Source of the DNA: Marsupella aquatica
Lineage: Eukaryota; Plantae; Marchantiophyta
Direction of reading: 5' to 3'
DNA: 64,000 bases
Assembly (NCBI GenBank): GCA_973895155.1
Contig: OZ316891.1
Coordinates: 19,989,048-20,053,047, forward strand
The notes under the pieces are model-generated. The model saw only the letters and a list, made by a program, of their open reading frames with translations. It searched no databases and was not told where the DNA came from. The position numbers were made by a program, and so were the translations under genes. Shown here piece by piece: positions 11,707 through 22,292 of the stretch; position 1 is the stretch's first letter; every line of letters begins with the position of its first letter.

Positions 11707-14700
11707 CTACTTGTGATGCAATTGCAAAACCTGCAATACGTCACGGTGTCTAGAGAAACTCTCCAAAGGAATCACTTTGGTAAATGCGTCAGCCGGGTTG
11801 AGTTTACCATCAATCTTGACTAGTTCAAACAAATTATCAGACACAGCCTGCCTGATAAAATGGTACCTGACGTCAATGTGCTTCACTCTGCTGTCCATCA
11901 CCTGGTTCACAGCAAGGTGGAGCGCACTTTGACTATCACAATGGAGCTTCACATTCCCCTGTGGCAATCCCATTTCAGTGATAAGTCTATCCAACCAAAT
12001 CGCTTCCTTTGCTGCTTCCGCAGCTGCAACATACTCCGCTTCTGTAGTAGACTGAGCAATACACTTCTGCAAAGTAGACCTCCAACTTATGCATCCACCG
12101 CCAAGTGTGAACACGTATCCTGTTGTTGATCTCCTTCGGTCCAAATCTTGTCCATAGTCAGAATCTACATAGCCAATCAATGATCTAGCATTCTTTGCAT
12201 TCGCATCAAATAAAAGACCATGATCCACGGTACCCTTCAAGTACCTGATAATCCACTTCACTGCTTCCCAGTGTACCTTCCCTGGATTCAACATGTACCT
12301 GCTCACCTTGCCCATAGCCATGGCAAGATCAGGTCTAGTGCAAGTCATCAAATACATGAGACTCCCCACTGCCTTGTCATATGGAACCTTTGACATCAAC
12401 CCCTTCTCTGTGTCATCCGTAGGACAGAACGCTGATGATAACTTGAAGTGTGGAGCCAACGGGGTACTTACTGGCTTGCTATTCTCCATGTTGAACCTTG
12501 CAATTACCTTCCTCGCATAACTGCTCTGCGTCAACCATAGCTTGCCAACCTCCAAGTCCCTAGTGATCTCCATACCCAAAATCCTCTTAGCTGGCCCTAA
12601 GTCCTTCATCTTAAACTCTGCACTAAGCAGTGCCTTGAGCTTAACAATCTCAGACCTATCCTTGGCTGCAATTAGCATGTCATCCACATAAAGTACTAAA
12701 ACAATGAACCCAAAGACAATATTCTTCATCGGTTTCAAATACACACAAGGGTCAAATACACTTCTGTGAAAACCTTGTGACCGAATCCAATCGTCAAACC
12801 GCTTGTTCCACTGTCTTGGTGACTGCTTCAACCCATACAAGGATTTCAACAATCTACAAACCAATTCCTCCTGTCCTCTCTTCACAAAACCTAGCGGTTG
12901 TCTCATGAAGATCACCTCTTCCAATGTGCCATAGAGGAAAGCTGTGACAACATCCATCTGATCTAGGAGCAGACCAAACATTACAACAAGTACACACAAT
13001 AGTCGTATTGTAGAGTACTTAGCAACTGGTGAGAAGACCTCATTGTAATCCACACCTTTCTCTTGTGTGAATCCCTTTGCTACCAATCTAGCCTTGTAGA
13101 CCTTCGATCCACCTCCTATGGAATTATTCTTCAGCTTGTAAATCCACTTGCTGTCCACCACTTGCTGACCCTTAGGCAGCTTAACAAGCTCCCAAGTTTT
13201 GTTGTCCTTTAGTGACTGCATCTCCGTTTGCATTGCTGCAGTCCACTTCTGCTTCTTCTTTGAAGCACTTGCCTCATGAAATGAAGAAGGTTCTCCTTCT
13301 TCCAAAATTAACGCATCACCCTCATCATCAGCTGTAAAATCATCCTCTTGCAGTTGAGATGAATCAACCCACTGTCCATACCTTGGTGGAGCGCGTACAG
13401 TGCGACCAGATGTTCTTCTAGCCGATGACTCCGGTTGATCTGCGTGTGCTGGTACAATTTGAAGCTCAACAGCATCCACTTGCTGCTCACCAGCATCAAC
13501 AAACTCCTCTGGTTCCTTTGGCACAGGAACCAGCTCCATAATTGGAGCAACTCCTTCTCTCCGGTCATGCACCTCATAACCAATCTCCCCCTCAACGAGA
13601 TCTGGGATAGGAGATTTTCCTTTGTCAGTACGGGAGACCTGAGTATTCTCCCCCTCCTTCAATAATCTGGATTTATTGAAGGAAACATCCCTACTGACAA
13701 CGAGCTTACAGGCAATAGGATCCCATAGCCTATAGGCTTTCACACCACTCTGGTACCCAAGAAAAACACATTTCCTGGAGGTAGGATCCAACTTGGTCCT
13801 ATTCTGCTTTGGTGTGAGAGCATATGCATCACTTCCAAAAATTACCAAGCCATGATAGTCTGCTTGCCGCTTATAGCGCATCTCAAACGGCGTTTTGAAA
13901 TTGATAGCACTAGAAGGAGAAAGATTTACCAAATAAGCTGCGGTATTGACAACTTCTGCCCAAAATTCTTGTGGTAAACCTGATTGGCTCAACATACTCC
14001 GTGACCGCTCCAACAGTGTCCGATTGAGCCTCTCAGCGACACCATTCTGCTGCGGAGTATAAACTGTGGTGAGATGGCGAGTTATCCCCTGTTCTGAACA
14101 GTACTCTTCAAATTCCATTGAAGTGTACTCCCCGCCGTTGTCTGACCTCAGACTCTTCACCCTTGTATCCAAACACTTGATCGTGTTTCCAGTCTGATTC
14201 TCCACCTGGGCCTTCCACTTCTTAAAAATGGACAAGACATCAGACTTATGCGTCATGAAATAAATCCACACAAATCTTGAGTAATCATCAATAAATGATA
14301 TATAGTACAACTTTCCAGAGTGTGAGGGAGTCGGGGATGGACCCCACACGTCACTATGTATGTACTCAAGAACCGCTTTGGAACGATGAGTTCCAATACC
14401 AAAAGCACGATGATGCTGCTTTCCAAGAATGCAATGCTCACAAAACTCTAATTTACAAGATTGCAAATCAAAAATGAGTCCATTCTTCCGTAAGATAGCC
14501 AAACCCTTCTCACTCATGTGGCCTAGCCGTGAATGCCACAGTTGAGTCATCTCCTCGTGAGACTTGGTTACATTGGCCTCTCCACATACAGTATTGCCCT
14601 GTAACACATACAAATTCTTTTGTCTACTCCCCTTCAAAATCACTGTCTCTCCCGACCTGACTTGAAGTTCACCATCAATAACGCTCCATTGATGACCATT

Positions 14701-14979
14701 TGAATCCAACACACCGAGTGAAATCAGATTCTTACGCATGCCAGGTACATACCTGACTCCGGACACTGTGCGCACAGCGCCATCAAACATTTGAATCTTC
14801 ACAGACCCAATTCCCTCAATTTGACAGGAGTGATCATTTCCCATCAGAACTGAACCGTTTGAAACAGAGTAAGAACTGAAAAACTCACGAATGTAACAAA
14901 TATGAAAAGAGCAAGCACAATCAAGAATCCACACATCATCTGCTCTCCTAGATGACGTGCACAGGGCATACCCTCGGCT
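11707..14979 (-). CDS. Copia B pol (protease, GAG-pre-integrase, integrase, RT, RNase H), uninterrupted ORF
   Basis: Motifs WILDCACSFH, LWHSRLGH, HSDVWGP, SDNGGEY, QQNGVAERLNRTL, KARLVAKGF, LYVDDML, HCDSQSA and ADAFTK in a 1075-aa ORF. Confidence 0.95.
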   Translation of the reverse strand, partial: SRGYALCTSSRRADDVWILDCACSFHICYIREFFSSYSVSNGSVLMGNDHSCQIEGIGSVKIQMFDGAVRTVSGVRYVPGMRKNLISLGVLDSNGHQWSVIDGELQVRSGETVILKGSRQKNLYVLQGNTVCGEANVTKSHEEMTQLWHSRLGHMSEKGLAILRKNGLIFDLQSCKLEFCEHCILGKQHHRAFGIGTHRSKAVLEYIHSDVWGPSPTPSHSGKLYYISFIDDYSRFVWIYFMTHKSDVLSIFKKWKAQVENQTGNTIKCLDTRVKSLRSDNGGEYTSMEFEEYCSEQGITRHLTTVYTPQQNGVAERLNRTLLERSRSMLSQSGLPQEFWAEVVNTAAYLVNLSPSSAINFKTPFEMRYKRQADYHGLVIFGSDAYALTPKQNRTKLDPTSRKCVFLGYQSGVKAYRLWDPIACKLVVSRDVSFNKSRLLKEGENTQVSRTDKGKSPIPDLVEGEIGYEVHDRREGVAPIMELVPVPKEPEEFVDAGEQQVDAVELQIVPAHADQPESSARRTSGRTVRAPPRYGQWVDSSQLQEDDFTADDEGDALILEEGEPSSFHEASASKKKQKWTAAMQTEMQSLKDNKTWELVKLPKGQQVVDSKWIYKLKNNSIGGGSKVYKARLVAKGFTQEKGVDYNEVFSPVAKYSTIRLLCVLVVMFGLLLDQMDVVTAFLYGTLEEVIFMRQPLGFVKRGQEELVCRLLKSLYGLKQSPRQWNKRFDDWIRSQGFHRSVFDPCVYLKPMKNIVFGFIVLVLYVDDMLIAAKDRSEIVKLKALLSAEFKMKDLGPAKRILGMEITRDLEVGKLWLTQSSYARKVIARFNMENSKPVSTPLAPHFKLSSAFCPTDDTEKGLMSKVPYDKAVGSLMYLMTCTRPDLAMAMGKVSRYMLNPGKVHWEAVKWIIRYLKGTVDHGLLFDANAKNARSLIGYVDSDYGQDLDRRRSTTGYVFTLGGGCISWRSTLQKCIAQSTTEAEYVAAAEAAKEAIWLDRLITEMGLPQGNVKLHCDSQSALHLAVNQVMDSRVKHIDVRYHFIRQAVSDNLFELVKIDGKLNPADAFTKVIPLESFSRHRDVLQVLQLHHK

Positions 14980-15840
14980 TCATAAAACATACTCATCATT
15001 GAGTAAATCAGCTTCTCCATCAGTCCTAGCCACATTTGCCGATGAAGTTTCCGCTACCTTTCCCTTACAGTCTCGCTTGAAGTGTCCAACTTGGTTGCAC
15101 TTCCAACATGTCACCTGCCTCCTCTGAGGGGATTTACCCTTGGACTTAGATCTGGATTTAGATCTAAACTGGGTTCTACGGTCCCCAGTTGGTCGCTGCA
15201 TACTCCTCCCACGGTTAACATTGAGGGCAGCACCAAATGATGAAGGCTGTGACGTGATGTGCATCTTCTGCTGAAGATCATCACTAAGCAGAGAACTTAC
15301 CACGTCATTGTATGAAATGGTATCCCTATCACGATGCAACAACACTCGTGATAGGGACTGGTAAGATGGAGGCAATGAACTAAGAAGCTGCAGAGCCTTC
15401 GTCTCATCATTCAAAGTCTCCCCAAGGTTTTCCAAGTCAACGACCATGTCGTTGAAAGCATCCACATGGTCTTGCAACTTCGTACCAGATTCCTTCATCC
15501 TGAAACTCATCAGTTTGTAGGAAGTGTAGAGCCGGTTCGACAACTCCTTGCGGTGATACTTGCTCTGCAATTCCGCAAACAAGGACATGCAATCCTTATG
15601 TGCACCCAACTGCTTGATGATGGGAGGCATGAGATAGAGTGTAACACACCACACTCCCTGCTCCTGCATGCGGTCCCATTGTTTCTCATCATCAACATCG
15701 TCTTCACGAGGGCTCAGCAGTTGGCCCATCCCTGACGCATAAAGTACTCCCTTCACCTGCTTCTCCCATAGCAAGTAGTCAGAGCGCCCATCATACTTTG
15801 TCACTTCATACTTGGGTCCCCCAAGCTTGAAAGTCCCCAT
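14980..15840 (-). CDS. Copia B gag (UBN2-type gag with CCHC zinc knuckle)
   Basis: Motifs KYDGRSDYLLW, LLSSLPPSY and CWKCNQVGHFKRDC. Ends in TGA at 14980-14982, in the same frame as pol. Confidence 0.92.
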   Translation of the reverse strand: MGTFKLGGPKYEVTKYDGRSDYLLWEKQVKGVLYASGMGQLLSPREDDVDDEKQWDRMQEQGVWCVTLYLMPPIIKQLGAHKDCMSLFAELQSKYHRKELSNRLYTSYKLMSFRMKESGTKLQDHVDAFNDMVVDLENLGETLNDETKALQLLSSLPPSYQSLSRVLLHRDRDTISYNDVVSSLLSDDLQQKMHITSQPSSFGAALNVNRGRSMQRPTGDRRTQFRSKSRSKSKGKSPQRRQVTCWKCNQVGHFKRDCKGKVAETSSANVARTDGEADLLNDEYVL

Positions 15841-17158
15841 CTTCTTCTTTACCGTGAGCTCCAGTAGTAGTACTGCTTCCTCCACCACACGCCGCACCGG
15901 TGATGGTATCGGTGTCACGTGCTCTTCCTCCTGCTCCTCTCTCTGCCCCTAAAACCTCCGCGGTGATCCTCATGCTTCAAGTTCCACGTCTTCGAAAAAC
16001 TCCTCCGAATCACTCATATGAGAAAGTCACAAAAAATGTTATTTTTCACAACTTCTCAAAAAACTCGAAACTCAACACCGCCGCGTAGCCCACAAAGCTA
16101 GGAGTCCAATACTGAAAACCGAAATCAAAATTGAAATTTGACGGAAAAGTTATTCAAATTTCGGTCGAGGTGGGTAAAACCTTGGGAAACTCCCCCGTTT
16201 TGACCACCTCAGGGAATAACCGAAATACCAAGTACAACCCGTTGTTGGAATTGCGATGTGATTGGTGCGCTGCATTGCCAACTTCAATGGCTACGACCTC
16301 GCCGAAAAATAACCAAAAAAGTTACCGTTCGGCGGATGAAATCTTTGTCGGACGGTCAAAAAATAGCTCTCTGGTTTTTTTGGAATATTCTATGACCCTT
16401 GTACAGGCCCTGTGGGAATTTTGGAAGAACAATCGAGGGGCTGACATGTGTCCTCGAACCCCCAAAACCCCCTACCACCCTTCGTCGTCGAAATCTGGTC
16501 GCGCGCGCAGAAAATACACACGGCAGAATGTACCCCTCGACACCAAACGCAAGATATCTCACTCAGGTTTTGACGAAATCAAGATCCGATTTCAGATTTG
16601 GAAACTAGACTCCGAGGCGATGAAGATCGATATAAGAAGCACCCAAAACGAGGAAAGAACGAGGGAGAAAAAAATTGGTAAAGATGACAGATTTCTCTCA
16701 ATTGCCATAGCCAATTTCGAATCAGTTTTTCAAAGAGAAAAAAATGGTACCTTGTCAACAACGAATGTTGATCAATTGCACTTGGTGCCGTCACCAAGTC
16801 CAACAAGGTAATTGATTTTGCTTAGCCTTCCTCTTTGCATCAAAGAGCCAATCCCGGACTCAAAAACAATCGTCTTGCCTCAATCTCTCCGTTGAGTCAA
16901 AACACTTGACGCTTCTCCCTCCGAGTCGATTGCCAACTTTCTTCACAAAATCCAGAATGACGAAAACTTAGATCTCTCTGCACCACGAGCTCCGTTCAAC
17001 GATTTCTTCACACCGTTAGAAAACTCTTGCCCTGATCTATCCGTTGAGCCCATAAACTCCAAGTTCCATGCGATGGAACTCTGGAAAATCCACCAACACT
17101 CAACGCTGGAAAAACCGTCATGAAATCCCGTCACGAACACACGTCACCTCCCAAGCAT

Positions 17159-17170
17159 GCTCTGATACCA
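17159..17170 (-). promoter_or_regulatory. Primer-binding site (initiator Met tRNA) of Copia B
   Basis: TGGTATCAGAGC on the - strand, 2 nt inside the 5' LTR. Confidence 0.95.
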
Positions 17171-17172
17171 AT

Positions 17173-17629
17173 TGTTGAGCATAGACGACGATCACAACGG
17201 CAAGCCCATGAACCATCCAACGCACAATAGTCGACACAAGAGATACGTGGTTCACCTCCTTGAGGCTACGTCCACGGGAACACACAAGAGAGCTTTACTG
17301 AACTCTAAGCCCGTCGGCTATACCGAGTCTCCACAGTGTAAGCTCTCCCTATCTCTCAAGTGGCTCCATAACAATGAGCCTTGGTTCTACCTCTCCAAGC
17401 ACACATGCCTCTTATGATATAGTGTGCAACTTAGTTGTACCTAACCACATAGTTGTACCTAACCACATAGTTGTACCTAACCACATAGTTGTACCTAATC
17501 ACGTAGTTGTACCTAACCACATAGTTGTACCTAATCACGTAGTTGTACCTAACCACGTAGTTGTACCAACCCACGTTGTTGTACCAACCACGTCATACCT
17601 AACCTAGACGTAAGAGTAAATACCCAACA
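17173..17629 (-). repeat. 5' LTR of Copia B (457 bp) with 9 x 18-bp minisatellite
   Basis: Matches 11077-11515 apart from one G/A difference and one extra 18-bp unit. Confidence 0.95.
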
Positions 17630-20600
17630 TGAACGTCTAAAGAAGTAGGAGTAGAGGCCTGAGCAAGATTGCCCTGGATGGTTGGATTTGAAATACCAAT
17701 AGGGACCTTAATAGCCGAGGTATCATTAAGTTCCAGAAGGAGTCGTCGCACATAAACAGCCTCCTTGGTGCCCTCAGATAACGCTTTGTATTCCGCTTCA
17801 GTAGTGCTATCCGATACAGTGGTTTGGAGTTTGCTGGACCAGGAGATAGGTCCATTGGCAAGCTGAATGAGGTAGGCACCTCGGGAGTGACGAGTATCAG
17901 GACAGCCTAGAAAGTCAGCATCCGTGAAGCCTTGAAGAAGAGACGTATTAGAGCGCTGAAATTGAATGCCAAAATTGGTAGTCCCCTTTAGATAATGAAG
18001 AATATGCTTGACGGATTCCCAGTGACGTTCTTGTGGACAAGACATATAGCGGCTGACAATCCCCACAGCGTATGCGATGTCGGGTCGAGTATGGGTGAGA
18101 AATATTAACTTGCCAACAGCATGACAATAATCAGTGACATCCACAGAGGGCGTGCTAGTGTCACAAGTAAGAACGTGTCCTTCTGGGAGCGGAATATGCT
18201 CATGTTTGGAGTCCTGCATGCCAAATTCCTGAACAAGTTGTTCACAGTAAGCCGTCTGGTGAAGAATCATTCCAGATGGGGTGGGAAGAAATTCGACTCC
18301 AAGATACTTTTGTGCCAGGCCTAAGTCCTTCATATGATACTTTTGATGAAGGTGAGCCTTGACTGTAGCAATTTGATCTGAGCAGCTACCGGTGATAAGT
18401 AGATCATCAACGTAGAGCATGATGATAACTAGCTGACCATCTTGGTGTCGAAAGTAGAGATTTGGGTCAGCAAGGCTCCGAGTCCATCCGGTAGATCTTA
18501 AGTGAGAGTCAATTTCTTCATACCATGCCCGGGGGGATTGTTTTAATCCGTAAAGGGACCGTCGTAGTTTGCAGACCATGCCTTCTTTGCCAGGAATGAC
18601 AAAACCCTGTGGTTGGTGCATATAAATTTCTTCCATAAGGGTGCCATTCAGGAAGGCGGTGACAACGTCCATGTGATGGAGAGGCCATCCGTTGGCAACA
18701 GCTAAGGCAATGATGGTGCGCAATGTTGACCATTTAACTACAGGAGCAAAGGTTTCATTATAGTCTACACCAAATTTTTGCTCAAATCCACGAGCAACTA
18801 ACCTTGCTTTGAGACGGAACCGGGTGGAGTCGGGTTTGGCCCGAAAGACCCATTTGGCTGTAAGAGCTCTTCTGCCAGCGGGGAGGTACACAAGTTCCCA
18901 AGTCCCCATATTCAGGAGAGATGCAATCTCTTCTTCCATAGCCTTTTTCCAGCCAGGATGTTTGAGAGCCTCATCTGGAGATAGCTGCTCACATTCTGGA
19001 CTAGCAGATTCAACTAAGTTGGTGCTCATATCGTAGTCATCGTGCCAAGGTGGTGGTCGATGAGCTCTTAGAGAATGTCGAGTGGCAGCCGGCCGAGGTG
19101 GAGGAGGAACTGCTGGAATGTTGGGCTGAATATTTGGCGTAGCGGGCTCAGGTTGAGCAGCATCAGCAGGTATGATGTTGGCCTGGTCCACGATGCCATG
19201 CTGGACTTGCTCGGGTCCAGGAAGAATTTCCCCCTCTGGGACGAGAGGCCCAGGTCGATGTTGTTGGTCGAGAGGATCCTCATCTGAAGTTGAGAGAAGT
19301 CTGGTGAAAAAATCAGCAGCAGAGGAACGAACTGTAGAAGGGATGCACATCGTATTCTCATCAAAAATAACATCTTTGGAAATGAGAATTATGTGGCGCA
19401 CGGTGTCGTAGCATCGATAAGCCTTGGACTCCTCATCATAACCAAGAAATAAAGTAGGGATAGACTTAGCACTTAATTTGGAGCATAGTGAGTCTGGAAG
19501 AAGCACGTATGCCGTGCAGCCGATCACGCGAAGGTGCCCAAGGTCAGGCTTAGCACCATGAAGAGCTTCGAACGGAGTAGTCTGACGGAGGGCCTTCGTG
19601 CCTGAACGATTTTGAATATAGTTGGCCGTGCGGATGCTCTCAATCCAAAGTGAGAGAGGGGTGTGTGAACCGATGAGAATACTGTGAGCGCCTTCAAGAA
19701 GTGTGCGATTTTTCCGTTCAGCCACCCCGTTTTGATGAGGGGCATTAGCCACAGTCAATTGTCGTCGAATGCCATTTTCTCTGCAAAACTCAAGGAACTC
19801 GGTAGACATGTATTCTCCACCACGGTCAGAGCGGAGACAACTTAGCTTGTGGGAGAATTTATTCTCAACCATAAGTCGAACTTCCTTAAAGATATCAAAT
19901 GTCTCACTTTTTCTGGATAAGAAATAAACCCACGTGAAACGGGAAAAATCATCGATGAAGGTTAGGATATACTTGGAAGGGGCAGGACCTCGGACTGGTC
20001 CACATAGATCAGTGTGAATAAGTTCCAAAGGGCGACAAGTGCGAGTCATGGAATGTTTTGGAATCTTCTCTCGATGATGTTTGCCAAGTGTGCAGGTATG
20101 GCAAACTCGTTTGACTCGTGGTAGCAGCGGAATACCAGTAACTAAGGAGCCCTTAGACATATGGTGTACCATCTGGTAATTGACGTGACTTAAGCGTCGA
20201 TGCCAGAGTTCGACTTGATCGGAAGTCGATGTAGTAGTGGTCGAGACTGGTGCAGCATGATCAGGAGTTGAGACCTCAGTAACCAGTGCAGGAGTTGATC
20301 GAAGCTGTACACGTAATGGTGAATAGGGAGGAGTGAGAATAGGAAGTCGTTGACGAAGCTTATAAAGCTTGTTCCGAGGATCTCTGGTGCCGTGGAGGAA
20401 GACCTTCCGTGGATTATCTTTGTCAAAGATGAAACAGGACTTAGAATTGAAGAGAATAAGGTGTCCTGCATCTGTTAGATTTCCGATGGATAGAAGATTA
20501 CGTTTCAGACCCGGGACGTACAAAACATTGGAGACAACTTTATTCTCATCAACGGAGACACTGCCCTGGCCGGCCAGCTACGGGAAGCTGAGTGCCACTG

Positions 20601-21727
20601 GCAGTGGTTACAGAATCAGAGCGGGCACCTGGGGTGATATTGTGGAACACAACATTATCACCGCTCACATGAGTACTTGCACCGGAGTCTAAAATCCATT
20701 CGCTAGAGCTACGCTGAGCATTGATCTCAGTGAAGTTGATCTCGATAGGTTCGCCTTCGTCAGTGGCAAACTCAATCTGGTCTTCTTCGTCGACCTCTGC
20801 CTCAGGGAGGAGCTCAGCAATGTTGGCCTGGGGACGGAACCTGCGAATGCCTGCAGCTTTCAACTGTAGGTCAGCAATATGATCATCTAGTTTCTTAAGG
20901 TCACAATCAGCTTCCCAGTGACCTACCTTGCTGCAATAGTTGCAGTTCCCGAGCCTCCTGCCACGTCCAGCAGGATTTGGACGTGGATTACGAAAGTTGC
21001 CAAAGTTGCCGTTTCCTCGTGGCTGATTGTAGCCATCGTTTCGTGGCTGAAAGCGTCCCCGACCTCGACCAAAGTGACGTGTAACAGCCATTGCTTCCTC
21101 CGTCACCTCGATCTGCTTCCCCTTCTTCCAATACTCTTCAGCCTGGAGGCGTTCAACCAGACTGGAGTAGGTTGGCTTTGGAGTGCGAGACAGATCAGCT
21201 GCAAACATAGAGACAAAGGGACCCCAGGAACTTGGGAGCCCTTTAAGTACGATGTGTATTAGGCGAGTCTCATCGGTCTCGGCATTGATGCTGGACAAGT
21301 GACCAGCAAGCTCGTTAACAGTGTTGATGTACGTTTCAACCGAGCCACCATTGCTCATGGTGACGCTTTGAAGCTTCTACTCCAACAGTAACTGTCGCTG
21401 AAGAAGATTGCCTCCGAATCGTTGCTGAAAGTGTGCCCAGCATTTGGCAGGGTCAGCATTGTATCGGTCAACAGTGGGCAGGAACTTGGACTTGACTGTA
21501 GCTGCCAAGATTGAAGTTGCCCGAACCTTCTTCTTCTGCTTTTCAGCTGCCGTCAGGTGCTGACCTCCGTCAACAATGTCACCATTGGCGTCTGGCTTCA
21601 CGCCAAAGTTCAGCTCATCAAATAGTTCATCTCTTCGCAAGAGATTCTTGACCACTATGGTCCAAGTCATGTGATTCACAGAGCCATCGAGCTTGTCGCT
21701 CTCTGAGAATAATCTAAGTAGGTCCAT
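17630..21727 (-). pseudogene. Copia A gag-pol, disrupted
   Basis: Motifs CNYCSKVGHWEADC (gag), WILDSGASTH, LWHRRLSH, HTDLCGP, SDRGGEY, KARLVARGF and LYVDDLL. Lesions are a TAG at 21377-21379, a 4-bp GGCC duplication frameshift at 20568-20575 and the insertion of element B in RNase H. Confidence 0.93.
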
Positions 21728-21907
21728 CTGGGATTACCGATGGTGTAAGTGCAGTTTGAGGAATTCTCACTCAGACTGTAGTTACACGTATCTCGTTTCT
21801 ACACGAGGAGCTGTCTAAAGAGTGCGCTAATCAGGGACACTTTCTACCTGATGACTGCACTATCGTTCTAATCTCAGATTACGAAGATGTAGCTAATCTT
21901 TCAGAGC

Positions 21908-21923
21908 CCTGGCTCTGATACCA
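21908..21923 (-). promoter_or_regulatory. Primer-binding site (initiator Met tRNA) of Copia A
   Basis: TGGTATCAGAGCCAGG on the - strand, immediately inside the 5' LTR. Confidence 0.95.
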
Positions 21924-22215
21924 TGTTGGAATCTATCGTAAGTAGACTGAATACTGAAGATGCAGCGGAGGGCCATATAAGTAGAGAGAGGAGATCGCAG
22001 ATCAAGGGAGATCGACGGACTGGGCTACTAACCTAGACCTACTAGTAATAAGAGACACCGCTAACTAAGCAGAGTGGGGAGCACATGGGGCGCACCTACT
22101 GTATTTACTACCGTAAGTGGGGAGCGCATAATGCGCTCCTGTCAAGCTCATAGTACTAAGGACAGCGAGTGGTCTATTACTCCCTTAATGTCACGAGTAC
22201 AGCGCAGTTTCTAAC
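21924..22215 (-). repeat. 5' LTR of Copia A (lacks the terminal base; fused to the tRNA-like module)
   Basis: Matches 10204-10495 with 2 substitutions, but ends CTAAC|TTAGG instead of CTAACA. Confidence 0.93.
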
Positions 22216-22222
22216 TTAGGAA

Positions 22223-22292
22223 TAACCGGCTAGGAATTGAACCTAGGACCTCCAGTGTACATCATAGTGCTCTACCACTGAGCTACAGGCCC
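22223..22292 (-). ncRNA. tRNA-derived (pseudo-tRNA/SINE-head-like) sequence with Pol III A and B boxes
   Basis: The - strand reads GGGCCTG TA GCTC AGTGGTA GAGC A CTATG ATGTACA CTGGA GGTC CTAGG TTCAATT CCTAG CCGGTTA. The D-stem and T-stem are perfect. A box TAGCTCAGTGG at 22275-22285, B box GGTTCAATTCC at 22233-22243. The acceptor and anticodon stems pair poorly, so this is not a functional tRNA. Confidence 0.85.

Larger units (their letters stand above)
11077..17629 (-). mobile_element. Ty1/Copia LTR retrotransposon B (inner, very young, Tnt1-like pol)
   Basis: LTRs 11077-11515 and 17173-17629 differ by 1 substitution and one 18-bp indel. TSD TGAAC is at 11072-11076 and 17630-17634. PBS TGGTATCAGAGC at 17159-17170. 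PPT AAGGGGAAGAT at 11516-11526. Confidence 0.97.

Noticed and set aside
16131-16811. 226-aa antisense ORF in the Copia B 5' leader as an extra or env-like gene
   Set aside because: It starts at TTG, has no recognisable domain or transmembrane segment, and is likely a chance ORF in a biased leader. Conservation across copies would be needed to revive it.
22223-22292. Functional tRNA-Tyr(GTA) gene
   Set aside because: The acceptor and anticodon stems pair poorly, there is no downstream T-run, and it is embedded in a mobile-element terminus. It is treated as tRNA-derived only.
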